NCBI RefSeq assembly: GCF_001949145.1
Contig: NW_019091355.1
Location: 4,165,374-4,229,373, forward strand
Direction: 5' to 3'
Source: Acanthaster planci
Lineage: Eukaryota
DNA: 64,000 nt
Position 1 is the stretch's first letter. The number at the start of each line of letters is the position of its first letter. Shown one piece after another: positions 14,601 through 28,375 of this stretch. Under the pieces are notes generated by a model. It searched no databases. It was given only the letters and a program-made list of their open reading frames with translations, and had not been told where the DNA came from. The position numbers were made by a program, and so were the translations under genes.

Positions 14601-17600
14601 CCCTCCAAATTTTTCAACTGGGGACATACCCCCCTCTTTTAGCAGGTCTTATAATGGGGCGGGGCTTAATGGATCAGTCTATTAATGTTGTTGCCTGATG
14701 ATCTCACGATTCCCCCTTCCCACTTTGCCGCCGTTCCGCCACCGTTAGTAATGATTGAACGCTCAACTCCAAAAGCACATCAAGTTTAGGGCTACATGTA
14801 CATACACGTACATGTCTTGTGCCTTTCCTGCTGCCTAATGCACACGTAGCCCGGAGTGTATTATGCACTCTGGTGCTCCCTCGGATTCCCAAACTGATGT
14901 GTCAAACAGGTGCGGCACTTAATAATTTCATGCTCCAATATCATTAAAATATCTCTCCTTTGGAAATTACGGTATGACAGTTTCAATGTGTAGGAAGTTC
15001 GTGTATTCCCTATAAAAAAAATTCATGCCTGCACATTAATCTTTGAGGAAATGTTTACTCTTTGCAGGTGCCACAACTCTTGGTACATGTACTGGTATAC
15101 TGACCAAATTTAAGTTACACGCACAAACGAAGTTGCCACCTGTTTCAAGTGTTACATCCGGCAATAGGCATTTCTCTGCTTCAGATGTTCTGAATACTTG
15201 CTTTGCTAAAAAATTACATGTACTGGTACATGTAAGATTGGAAGACAAAATTCTAGCTGGTTATATACAGGATTCCAGGACAAAGTTACCGTCACAACCT
15301 GACCAATCAATGCACGTACGTAAGGTACTTGACAACTGCAATACTCTAAGTATAGGTACTATACCTGCACATCTAAGTGGTACAATGTTTCATAGAACTG
15401 ACGTGAATGAATTATCATTTTCAATGCACGCCCTGCTGTCTTCAGCTTAAAACAGTCACACACACGCACTATTGCACAGAGTAACACCTTGTCTAAAATT
15501 TTACAATAGGTAATGACCCCAGCAACATCTTGTCCAGACTAGCAATATAATCATTTCAATTGAGCGGGCAAAACAAAAGGCTTGTCAAGTTCAGCATAAA
15601 TGAGACTTGTACATGTTTGCATGGTGGACATGAACACAGTATGGAAGGTTCATGCACAATTAAACACCACTGAATTTGATTCTCAGAGGAACCAGTTATT
15701 CCAACATAAAAACAACCTATGCACAAAATACACAAGGATTATCTCTAGCCCAAATAATTTGTTAACTCGCTCATTTTGAATGCTGCAGCGTACTGTACAC
15801 AATTGAATAAATTGTGCAGGTAGAGTTGTTTTGTGTTTTTCCCAGACCGGAAGGGTTTGATGTTCCTATGGCAGCTCTATGGTTTGATTGTTCTGGTGAG
15901 ACCAGTAGTCATCAATCAGGCCACATGTGAGTGGAGCTGAAGTCCTAGTGTAATTACATGTAATTTAATTGGAATTCTTCCATGCAGTTTGGTCAGTACA
16001 GGGAAAGCGGGTGCATTTTTCACAGCTGCTGAGAGACAAATTCCACACTGAACACAGGATGGTGATTCCATTGCAAAACGAAACATATGGCCCATGAGCA
16101 TGCTGTAGGGCATGTTATGCAGGGACAAGTTATCCACATACAGTACATATATGTATACATACTGTACATTTATCAAGCTACAATTGTAAAGCTTCAAGTA
16201 GAAGAACCAAGACGCCTCTGAAATGAAATACTTGGACAAGACATTCTGACAGCTCCCATTTTTTAAACCCGAGTGCTGTTCAAATGTATGGAAAAAAGTC
16301 TGTTAAAAACTGGTTAATTTTATGCGAACCCTTGGAGGCTGCAGGTGTGCATACTTACATGTAGTAGGTCTTTATGGAACATGTCACTGGTAAAACACTC
16401 ATCACCTGTGAACATTTTCTGCTCTGACCATTTTACTAATACCTAAAGGGCACGCACGCCCCCCCCCGACTGAAATTGGGCACACTTTCATGAGTTCCAC
16501 AGAGGGCTTCCTAATAGATTTAGCATTTAAATGTTTCACTGCAAGCTCCATACCATGAAAAGGCCACTTGTTTTGCAGCATGTTAAGGGGAAAAAAGTCT
16601 GCATCTATGCATAATCCCACAGCTCAAGGACTGAGCAGTTTTTTTTTCACATTTTTGGAGCCACCTGTTTCCAAGCAAGTTTTGGAATTATGTGTGAGAA
16701 ACATTGAGCTTTAGCGCCTTGGAGTTCATCACACGCATTCGTGTCATCTGCTCACAAAACAAAGGGCACAGGCCCGGTGTTTAAAAGGCAAAATGCAATT
16801 TGCAAGGTGTCAGCTGTAGTTGCAGTTTTGAGGCAAAAGCTTTGCTCCTAGTGTATCCAAAAGCAGACTGGTAAGAATGCAAATGAGGGGCTCACATGTA
16901 CAAGTAACATGCCCAACAAATATTACAGCCCGTTTCACACTGACACCCCATGAAACGCCCCAATATACCGGTACATGTACATATAGAACAAGGGGAAAGT
17001 GCAAAAAGTGCATAAATCCGAATGGCGATGACGTTTGGGTAGGGTTGGGTCACGGTAGTACACATCACCAAACTGTTGACTACCAATTCTCAAATACACT
17101 ACGCGAGTACACTGGGCACTATTCAAATGTAGCAATCATTCCCCGGTAAGAATAAACCTCCAGCCATAGCTTACTGGGCACAACCTCTCTCAAGGGTAAA
17201 AAAAAAAGCTTTTGAATGTGGCCACTTTGCCCACCTGAAGAAAGCTTGGAATCGTTACTGAAAATGGACCTCTACGTGTTGGAAGCTGCGTCACTAGCAT
17301 TATTAAATACACGCACATGTAGGAGGCAAGGTGCATGCCAGTGGGATGTATTGAAGATTGTTAAATCATGGATGAATCAATTACCAGGAAACCTCCTCCT
17401 TTTTACTGCAGCCCCAACACAGTTGGTATGCATCATTTGCTGTCTTGTCAAGCCGTAACAGTGTGAGAGAGCAGTTGTGGCATTTAAGAGGTGAGTACAG
17501 GATGCCGAAATATGCAAATTTCTCTGCACGCTCCAACTGCATTAGGAGGAGGTTCAGGAAAAGTCTGAATGTTATACATGTACAAGCATTCCCGTTTATC

Positions 17601-20600
17601 CAAGACTGTTTGGTTTCTGCTCGCATTGAGAATGTTGAACGTCTACATACATGTAGGTACAATGTACGGGGGGGCGTACATGTATCGGTACATGTACATG
17701 TATTTTACAGTATCTGCTCATTGATGTTTAGTTATGTACAGGAACCAATTTCATCTTTTACTTCAACTGCGGTTGATTTGTCATAAGGCCTTTCTCTTTC
17801 TGTCAGTGTGACTCGAATTATTATCTATGTTTTTGGATGACAAATCACACTTGGCTGTTGCTGTTGCCCTGAAAGTGCCAGGGAAAGGTGCAAAATGTAT
17901 GTAATGGGCAAAAGGCTGGGGATTGAAGGATGGTCAACAACCCCCCCCTCCCTTCCCCCTTTTCCCCCTCCCTCTATGCCTAGAGTTCTGTTCATAAAGC
18001 TTTTTTCTTTTTCTTTTTCAAAAGCAGCACGCATGGAAGCAACGCTGCAGTTAGCACTGCAGTACCAATGACAGTCCCACTGGGACTCCGGGTGAACAAC
18101 CCCACCCACCCTTGATCATGAGGCTGATTTCACCCCTGTCTACCGTACATGGCACTGTGGTGAAAGCAATGGGACCCCAGCAAATACACACACCAAGAGA
18201 TGCACCACTGAAAGCAACAACCTGGGCCACGCGCATAATGTACATCTACATGTATTACTGCGCTGAACAGACTTGCGTCTGTGTTTATGTAAACACCTCA
18301 GACAGCCTGTGTACCGTAAATCTATGTCCATGTACATGGACACTGATTCACCATCTGAGCTGATAGAATGATTTAAGCATCCTCCTTGAATGTGATTTGT
18401 GGCCCACTCTAAACCATGACAAGGCAGTCATCTTACACGTGTCTTGCTACGGACTACTGAACTACGGCACGCATTGCTGCACATTCCATCTCAATGTTCC
18501 CAACGACTCTTACCAAAATGTTGCTCTAACTTAAAAAAGGATGTATAAACTGTCAAACCTTTTGAGTTTTCTATATGAAGTTCCATTTTGTCAACCATTT
18601 CCAGGCAAAAGAAAACAAAAACAACTGAGGACACCTTCCACAGACATGGATGACCAAAAGGCCGGTAACACACTTGTGTAGCAGAAACTCTGGAGAGCCC
18701 AGAGTTCATGTTCAAAATGAGCTGGCCCAATCCCTCTCTCCCAAACCAAACACATGAGAACAATGACATTTCTCTTGAATAGAAATCAAGTGGTGAATGC
18801 ACTGTGGGAAGGTTAGAGTTGACAGAATTAAACTTTGCTGCCCATCACTCTGATGGACACTGCCCGGCCGGTGTTTTCGCCCGTCGTCAAATTAAATGCG
18901 CCGCTCTCCACCAAGGCGCACATCTCTGGTCTCCCTTTGCTTGGGGATCGCACCGCCCGTGTTTCTATGTACACACTGGCAGAGGAAGAAAGCATCCCAA
19001 GAAAAAAACGAACGTGTCGGTCCAAAGTGCAGCGCTGTCTGTTTGTGTATTTCATATTTTATGGCCAAGGAGACAGCTGTCGTCATTATTGACTATGCAA
19101 TCACGTTTCCGATGCAGGAGACCCTGAAGTCACTGAATTCATATAATTTACCAGTGCTATATCACTGCATCCACATTAAGATGAGTGTGAACAAGCTTTT
19201 TTTTTTTGCACTAAAAGCGGCAGTAAATTCATACTTGTCTATACATTTTTGGTGCCATATGGAGAGTTTGCTCTCCATGCTTGCATGTGCAACAAATTAA
19301 GCATTACTGGTGAGGCCCATCCCGGTTCATCTGATCCGACCTGAAGTATTATGTTCAGTCCAAACATCAATATATCAGTGAAATGGCCTCTGCTCATACT
19401 TGGGCTAATGACCAAGCACGACAGAAGTTTAATTACTGCTAAAAAGATATTAAGCACAACACACACGTACATATTCGCATAGACACTGTCTTCGTGCTTG
19501 CTGAGAGAAATAGACACTGGGCAGATTATGTGTGCTGCTAAAAATGATGAAATGGACATGGACGGAAACCCAACGAATGCCGAGATGAAAATGGAAGCCT
19601 GTAATTCTCCGTAATTCCAAAGCTTGCACGGAATCATCCAAACCCTTGGCTGCCCCCATCGGAAGAAATCCTTCACCCCATATCACAAACCACAAGCAAG
19701 GAAAAAAAAGAAGAAGGCAATCGCCCGAGACCAGCACGTGCGTCTGTGCAATGGACCAAAGCTCTCGGAAATAGCACAGGACGTCCGGATTGCACGCATG
19801 CAGCAAGCAATCAGGGCTCGACTCTCCAGAAAACCTTGGTTACCATCTGCTCCGCTGTAGCCAAGTCCTCGGCTTAATGCAATCATCCTCCCTCCAATTC
19901 TCATTCCCCCAAAAAAGGACTATTAGCCTAGTTTGATCAGTTTCCGGCCTTAACAAGACTGTATTTATTAAGCTGCAGCAAATGGGGAGGGAATGGGGCT
20001 ATATACGAATATTTGAAACTTCAATCAATTAGTGAATATTAACCTACCACCTTGTTTCCGATTCAACTGGAAACATGTATCTGGTTCTTGTCTGCGCGGT
20101 TGCAACGCATAGTAATGTGCATGCATGAAAACAAGTTAACACAGACTGCATGTCTCCTCTACTCTACAGATCTCCACATGTAGCCCGAGGTGTCCCAGGA
20201 ATAATCCAATGTGCTCACGCATCTGATTTCACAAAATTCATCCCATGGAGCAGACAGCCATTGCGCGGGACTCCAAAAGCCAAATGCATGTGCTTGAGCG
20301 TCAGTCCCAGAGGGGAGAGTGGAATGTAGCAAAATGTCCACCACTTTTTGCATGCACATGTTCATGCTCTTAAGCGTTTCCTCAATTCTTATCGGTCAAT
20401 CTACTCAGTCGATGCTGTACAGCCACAAAAATAAAGAGAAGATTCACAGACATTGACAGTCATTTATTTGAAGAAAAAAAGATGAAAATATCCCTTCATT
20501 TTCCTGTTGACAATACCCCATACAGTACTGCATGGCCAGTGCTACGGAATCATTTCTACGAGTACCAGACGAACAGCCATTGCCAAGTGGACCCACGACC

Positions 20601-21453
20601 ACCTTCGGCGTCTGACAGCATGGGACTGTTAGGCTTGAGTCAGCTAACCTCAACAGGAGGCTACACATGGAAACGCAGTCTCGGCAATTCTCAACGGCAG
20701 AGGTGAGGACGCAAGCACCGGAATCTGTCACAGACTGAAGGCGACGACAAGGGGGGGGAAAAAAACAGGGGAGAACGCGGAGGCCCGTGAAAAATGATCC
20801 CCATTCATTTGCACTCCCATGTGGCGATAGAGGTTAGAGTCTGCTGATTGGTGTCTAAACTGTCACCTCTATGCGGCACACGACAACTGCTCAACCACTG
20901 CGCTGTGATCTATACATGTAAATGTTGCCACTGATCAGTCAACATGTGTGTCTGACGTGCATTAGAATGACACCTCATAACTCATAGTTTGTTGGGGGAA
21001 ATGGAACTGCCCAATTTATATGCAGTGATAACCCAGTCAGTTGCGTCAAGCAAGCCGTATATCGACACAACTTCTCCTGCGAGTGTTTCGCCCAGCTGGG
21101 ATATGATTGTCAAACTCAGGTGAATCAGATGGGACGGTGTCCATCCCATTTGCTCTTAAGACAGCAAAATATTTGGCACTCTGGAACTTCAGTTCCAGTA
21201 GTATAGAAAAACAGATTTCTACACGGACAAAAGTTTTTTTAAAAAGTTACTTATAAACGCATATGCAGGTGTAAGGAGCACAGGTGTAAACCATACGGTC
21301 TGATAATTTAATTATTCAACTAACATGTAGTAAAAACTATGTGTCTTGTACATGTACAGTATGTAAAAGAAACACAGAGCTTGTCAATTGAAGTGAATAC
21401 ATTCTTTAGGATAAAATGCTAAGGGACACTATGCACACAGAACGATATTCATT

Positions 21454-21940
21454 GTGACAATCATCAGAGAGTGTGACAATCATCAGAGAGTGTACATGTA
21501 CATGTGACAATCAACAGAAGGTGTACATGTACATGTGCAGACATGAGCAAGCAAACTGGACTAGTGTCCTCAAGACAAGCCAAACGTCGCATCATGGTGC
21601 ACCATAGCTAAAACCCAGTGACAACTGTGATACTGACCAGAGGCAACAGGATGGTAGAAGCAAGTCAGAAGTAGTGTCATGGCACTTCATTGGCACTATG
21701 ACAGCACACTAGCAATGCTGTGACAGCACATCAGTGACAACTGTGACAAGTCAGTGACAAAGCCAATGTACTTGTACTGTGCAACTGCAAGTGTTTGGCA
21801 CTGACAAATTAGTGATGATATGGTGGCATTTTAATGGAATATGATGGCACATCGATGGCACCATGGTGGCACTGCAATGACATGCATACATCAGTGGCAC
21901 TGTTGAGTCACCATGACAGCTAAATCACTGCCATTGTCAG
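21454..21940. repeat. Short tandem repeat followed by a degenerate TGGCAC/GTGACA low-complexity tract
   Basis: GTGACAATCATCAGAGAGT occurs 2-3 times at 21454-21530, followed by recurrent TGGCAC, GTGACA and CACTG motifs up to ~21940. Confidence 0.6.
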
Positions 21941-24900
21941 ATAAAATTCACAATAAATCATGCACTGTATGCAGATCCCCCCTTACTGTATGGAAATCAT
22001 TATGCCTGAAAGGCTATATATATCACAAATATTGGATTTAGGTGTTCAAAACAACCACTTTGGGCACTTCCATAAAGCCATAAATTTTGGTTATCGGAGA
22101 TCAAACATGGTAATTTCACTAGACACTAGCGAGGTAGCCCCTGGTTGAACCCTCCAGAGCAATAAATGCATCTCCACGGGGGGAGGTGCTCGGTGCTTCC
22201 AATTGTCCATGATGAGTTCCCCCCCCCCTGACGTCATTGCCACTGTCGGCGGACGGCACAATTTGAATCGAGTAGCTGGCAGATGAATCCCCGTTAAGCG
22301 TCTGAGAAACACTCCAGCTACTCTACTTTCATTGGGAGATGCTGCTTGAATAAAAATTGTCCATATTACTCACGACTGACAAAGACATACATGTATACGC
22401 ACAAGGCTATTTGCTGCTGCGATGACCATAGCTCTGCACTGAATTTGAATACTACAAGTGACTCTTAAAAGTAATATCAATGAAACAAACAATGCCTGAC
22501 TCAAAAGGTGACCCAATATACGGATCCCTGACAACCTCTAAAATCTACATGTATGAGGAAAATTTACTCAAATGGTCAAGTGCTCTTAATTTGCCTTCAT
22601 GCCCCAAGATGACACCTCTGCCCAGGAGCAACACCTGCTTTCCCTTTAAAACTTTCTTGATATCTTCTTAAATTCATCTGGTGAGATTTTTTTTTTTAAT
22701 GAAATGGTGTGTAGAAAAATTGTGTTGTCACTTCTCAAGATAAACATTTTTGAGACATGCAAACTGGGAAGTCTCGGTTTGAATGGACTCGATGGAAAGA
22801 TCTGAAGAGTTTTGGGAAAAAGCCTTTCATCATTGCCAGGACGGAAGGCAAGAGAGGAATGCCCTGCCCAGTGTCTCTTCTGGTCAAAAATTCCCCCTCC
22901 CAAACGGCGTGCAAGTGAACTGGCAAGTGTAACTGGCTGCAGGTGTAATGATGTGCAATGCAGCCTGGTTCAATATTGATCCTGCCTGGGGAAGGACGGT
23001 GCTACACAGCCCTTCAGGTGTGTCTGGCAATCCTCTTTGTATTGAACGTAGCTGGAAATAAAACTACAAGAAAAACATTCGGGCGGGTAGAACAGATTAG
23101 GATCAAATGACCAGTTTTAGAATGCTCAGTCACATGTGTAAGTTGTGCCACTTTCACCATTCGCTTTGTCCCCCGTGAGCAGTTGCCCTACTTCCAAAGG
23201 GGTGGATGACACGGTGTCACAAAGCTTGCCTAGTCATTATTATAAGTGCTTTGCTCTGTCATGTGGTACTGCCGAACTGACAACAAAACCACAGCCCCAA
23301 ATTCTGGGAACTGCTGGATCCAACAGTGAAAACGACTGTGCACATGCTGAAACAGAACACATTTCAAGCGTTGGATTCTCTGGGTGGGTGGCAAACTTTT
23401 TTTTTTTTCAGGTTGTCACTTTCCGGACAGAGACAGAAGCTTCTGACACAGAATGCAACTGAATAAAAAAAACCCTGCTGCACGTCATGTACAAAATTTA
23501 CACAACTGGGCACTCAGCTCATTCGTCTAACAATTACAGTATTTTACATACTTCTGGTATGAGACTTGGATGCTTTAAGATTATCTGTCAACATATTCGC
23601 TGCACGTCATAGCAGCTCAGCACGCTACATTTTTCCATTGAATTTCGTCCCCAGGCAAAAAAAAAGATTGAGCCCATAGTCTCTGCTAATTTTTTCCTCT
23701 TCCCCCCAGCCAGTGGATCTCAGAATGCATGCGCTCAATATAGATGAGTCCCCCATCGACAAGTGACAAGATATTTCCGACTCGTGTCGTGTAGCCATCT
23801 TGAACAACAAACCATCTCTGCCAGAAAGAACAACAACCACTCAAAGACGGGGATCTACACCCTGCAGTTATAAATGATGCGCCAGAGACAAACTACATGT
23901 AAAGGCCCATGGATAAACACTCCAAACCAACAAGTCCACATTCCCCATGCACTTCAAGCTGTAATTTGATCAGAACAGCCCCTACCCTCCCCCCATATGT
24001 TTACTGCAGCCTACTAAACTCCCCTTCCCTTCTCCCAGTCATGCATGGACTGTGGCAAACTGGAGGGGAGATCTCATAGCCCAGATTAAAAAAAGAGGCT
24101 ACATCCATGTACATGTACATGTAAACGTTGCACAAATCATAGAACACAAATAAACACAGCCAGCATCCACATGTACGTGTACGGAATGTAAACCGCAGTG
24201 ATTTCTGAGCGCCCGGTCTCAAGCTGCATGTCCCTGTTTTCGTCCATGCCAGGCCCTTTATAGAAGCATTTGTCTCAAGTGGTTTGCTCACCTCCACTGT
24301 GCGCGTGCCTAATGCATGCTTTCAGGGCCCATCAGGGTTATTCTTTGTGCCACTCCACTGGACGAGTACGCTGCAGATGTGCGTCATTCTGTCACATTTT
24401 CCAGGGCTGTGCATACACAGTGTACTGTACACACTTGTGTACATGTACAGTGACAACTTTATTATTTACTTTTCCGGCCGTAAAACATGATGTACTGTAC
24501 ATGTACATCCACCGTGCACACACAGGGTCCTTGAACAGTGTAGTACAGTGTTTTTGTGATTTTTGTTCAATAAAAGGGCATCTGTCATTACTTGTATGAT
24601 TCTCATTTCCAACCAACCCTCATTTTTGTTTCCGAATGAGGGGGAAAAAGCCATTGTTTTATGCTGCTGATCCAGTTTGGAACTTCCTACCGTACAAGGA
24701 AAAACAATCGAGAAAAAATTATTATCATAAAAATTTCCAGTGACATGCAAGTGATTTCCCCCTTTTTTCCCTCACTAACCGACCCTTCCTCAGGGTAAAA
24801 AAAAAAAAAAAAATGAGAACCACAGAATTAACTACGGATGCCCATGCAGCAACCCCCCAAATAATGCCAAATTGAGAAGGTGCTGGTCTTTAAACAGGTA

Positions 24901-25056
24901 CACGTATCACATTATTGGAAAATATTGATGCTGTAGAAAATAAATGTGAATGCCGTCTGTCCATCTACAATTTTGCCTGCTTGATGCTAATTTCAAAAAA
25001 AGAAACTGACATGTTACATGTACATTTCTTCTCTGCAGGCATTACTACTCAGTCAT

Positions 25057-25149
25057 ACTCATTACTCGACCTGTACTCACACTCGTTACTCTACCTGTAC
25101 TCACACTCATTACTCTACCTGTACTCACACTCATTACTCTACTCATTAC
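25057..25149. repeat. 24-bp minisatellite, ~3.5 copies
   Basis: (ACTCATTACTCTACCTGTACTCAC)n. Confidence 0.9.
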
Positions 25150-26457
25150 CACTCAGGCACGTACTACTAAGTCCAACAACAATCTATTCTTTAAGTTAGA
25201 CAGAAAAATTTGTCCTTCAATTTCACCTTTCAGAACTGGACAAGCTTTGGGAATTTTTGTTCCCCCCCCCAGCAACCAAGCACAGCCAGCAGGTTTCCTC
25301 CCCCCTCCCAACAGGGATGGAGCAGATCTTAATGAAATTACCAGACAGCCATCCCCTTACTCTACTCAATGTGAGGCCTGCCGTGTCTCTAATGAAGTAC
25401 GGATGACCTGTTGATCTCCACCGAGGGGAGGCCGCTGAGGGTTTGTTTGTAATTGCATTATGTGAATCTGTGCCCAGTTGCAATGACATTTTGTGGTTGT
25501 TCCTCGTGATCAATGTTGAAGTGCCGGATATCGGGAGACTAAGTACCGCTATCTGCAGGGGCACAAATCTGGTATGCCTCGTCGGCTGAAAAAAGTTGTC
25601 ATTAACGTGTATTTAAAAGCTTGCTGAGCTGAAACTATGAAGCTAGGAGAGCCGATGGGATCTGAGTTGACATTTTGTTGCTCTTGGAGGGGGGGATTCT
25701 TTACACTGGTGCAAAGCACGGTCCATGAATCAAATTCTGACAAAATATGTTAAGTCCGTTAACATTCTCACTTGAAAATCAATGGTGCGCATGGAGAACC
25801 TGTACTGGGATTCACTGTCAAGGACAAATGAGTTTAAGTTTACATTGATAAAATAATCATTTCTGATGCTCCACCAGATGGACAGTGGACGAGATGGCTT
25901 AAAATTTGCCAATTTTCTCGCAGGTAATACAGGAAGAATATTACACACCCAAGACGAATCCCAATGCACTTGGGTATTCACTCCTTCAGAGAAAAAGAAA
26001 TCGATTGTCAGCCCGAGATGGTCAGCACCGAGGCAAATCGGCCCCCCCATTTCCGAGCTGTCCTCTCAATAAAGATGCCAACTCTGTCATTTGCGCGCCA
26101 GCTTTGATTGGCTCTCTAGGGCCTGTCCAGCACAGAGAGGCTTGCAGTGCTACAGCCAAGCGCCTCTCTCAAGAACAGTTCTTGAAGTTCAACGCTTTAT
26201 TGGCACTCCAGCACTGTACTGCACATCTTGCATCTGATTGGCCGTATTTCTGCCTTCCATCCAGATGGAAAATCCATCTTACTTTCACTTGTCCACTCTA
26301 CCAATGCAAGGTCAGGGTTTCTTTACATGTTGTACATGTACATGTATATGTACACCTTAAATTCAACTTGTCGATCACACACATGTAAATCTACATACAT
26401 TTACTGGTACATGTGCACTTAGAACCAGAACATACCAGAATTAAACACTGTGACCTA

Positions 26458-26707
26458 GGTAATTCCAGAAATTAGGGGTCCATTTTTTTTCATGTCCCTG
26501 TTACACCTGACCTATGATTTTGTAAGTTCAGAACACATTTTCTAATTTCCAAGAGTGAGGAATTAATGCAAATTACCTGCCACACGAATAGTAATAGTTT
26601 GAAATCAATTCCAGTGATATTTCCATGTCAAATAACAAAGGTCAGACGTACGTGTAACAGGGACACAAAAATGTCACACTTTTGGACCCCTAATTTCTGG
26701 CATTACC
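26458..26707. mobile_element. MITE with ~25-bp TIR and long subterminal inverted arms
   Basis: GGTAATTCCAGAAATTAGGGGTCCA ... TGGACCCCTAATTTCTGGCATTACC, plus inverted GTCCCTGTTACAC/GTGTAACAGGGAC. ACCT(A) occurs on both flanks as a possible 4-5 bp TSD. Confidence 0.85.
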
Positions 26708-28357
26708 CACCTACATGTATGAGCCTGTACACATGTATCAAGATTTTCCAAAGGGGTTATACAAGTACCTTGGAATATGGAACATACAAGTACAAGTACA
26801 CGTAAACAATGTACCAGTCCGTCAACTGTCACATAGAAAAGCCATGTGATTACTGCCAGAGCACGCAGTCAGTGCCATAACATCCCACGGGTACACTAAA
26901 AACAAACAAGTTTGTTTGGAAATATTTACATAATGCTCTGTCTTTTATTACTAAGACAAAATTCACTACACAGCCTATGGAGATCTGGCAATGTGTACAA
27001 ACACAATACAATATTGCATTATAGCAGCATACATGATCAGTTCACTAGACAACAAGACACAGAAACACTGGTATTCTCAGTCCAGTTTATGATTTCAGTT
27101 GCTTCAGAATGGTGCTCTGCATGTACATGTTCACCTATATCTCCCAGCATTCTGCTAAACATTCCCTGCAGCTCTAAATATCAATATAGCCCGTATACCG
27201 GTACATGTATCTACGTACACGTACAGTCATCTTTTGTGCTGCTAGGCACGAGCTGAATCCATACCTGTGTGTGACATGTTCACCCTTTAGGCCATGCATT
27301 TCCCGATAATCATGCTCCATATTAGTCCACATACCGTATCTCAAACACCTCAATAAGAGTACCTATTATCATTTTATTAATTTTTCTTGTCAAGCTGTTG
27401 GAGAAGGCATGATTTGAGTGCGGCATACATTTGCCTGTAACAGTCACGATGGTACCTGTATGTCACGACGACGACAGATGCTTTCAATTTCTCCTTGAGA
27501 GGGTGTCATGTTATGCTTCATGGGCAGTGATTTCTATCCTTGCACTAACCACTAAGGCAAATCTATTAATTATCAGCAAGGTCCACGACATATGCACACA
27601 TAAATCATGGCCTTACTTCACCCTCCTCCCTAATTTTTCCCCTCCCCCTTTCCGAATGAGAGGAATTCCCCACTGCGGTCCAAGCATGAGAAGATATTCT
27701 CTGAGCCTGAAATAGAAAGGGTACATTCATCAGAAGCAGGCTAGGCTCAAGCACGATCATCAGTGAGTTTCAGCTTTTGAAGGAAAGGGTGACTATTTAG
27801 TACACCGCTGCATATTAGCTTATCGCTTTAGGCTGTTTTCCTGGGCCTTCAACTGTATATATTTCATGCTAGATGTATCATAACATTGGTATGTGGGCCA
27901 ACGATGCCACGTCTGACACACTTGCAAACGATGCCCTAGAATTGAGTATGGTCTTCTTTGAACAGAAAATGATGCCAGTGTAAAGCGACTCTATCCACAC
28001 TCCATTGAAAAAAAAAACTTCAGATACATTCTACATCTGCAACATTCAGAAAAACTTAACCGTAATAAGAGGAATTATGACCATGAAAATACTGGTAGGG
28101 AGCAGTTTCCAACATTTTTCTCCTGCCATCATTCACAAGCGTATGATACAAACACGCGCATGCATGTAATTTGTATGCTGTAGCTCGGCAAAGAGAAATC
28201 ATCTTTACATGTAGCTCACTTACATCTTCAAATGGTGTGGTAAAGAAATAAACACAATCAGCCCAATTCCCCGATGAAAGATTCGCATTCGCCATTCAGA
28301 GACCCGTAATCAAATCTCTATTTCCTGGGCCACGAGACATATAACAAATTCCCAAAA

Positions 28358-28375
28358 CCGTTGCCATGGCAACGG
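28358..28375. promoter_or_regulatory. Perfect RFX X-box
   Basis: 18-bp palindrome CCGTTGCCATGGCAACGG containing GTTGCCATGGCAAC. A GC-box (CCCCGCCCC) lies at 28441. Confidence 0.6.

Noticed and set aside
19543..19860. Plus-strand peptides (MDMDGNPTNAEMKMEACNSP and the RKKKKK-containing ORF) as a nested gene
   Set aside because: No homology or convincing splice structure; the lysine run comes from an A tract.
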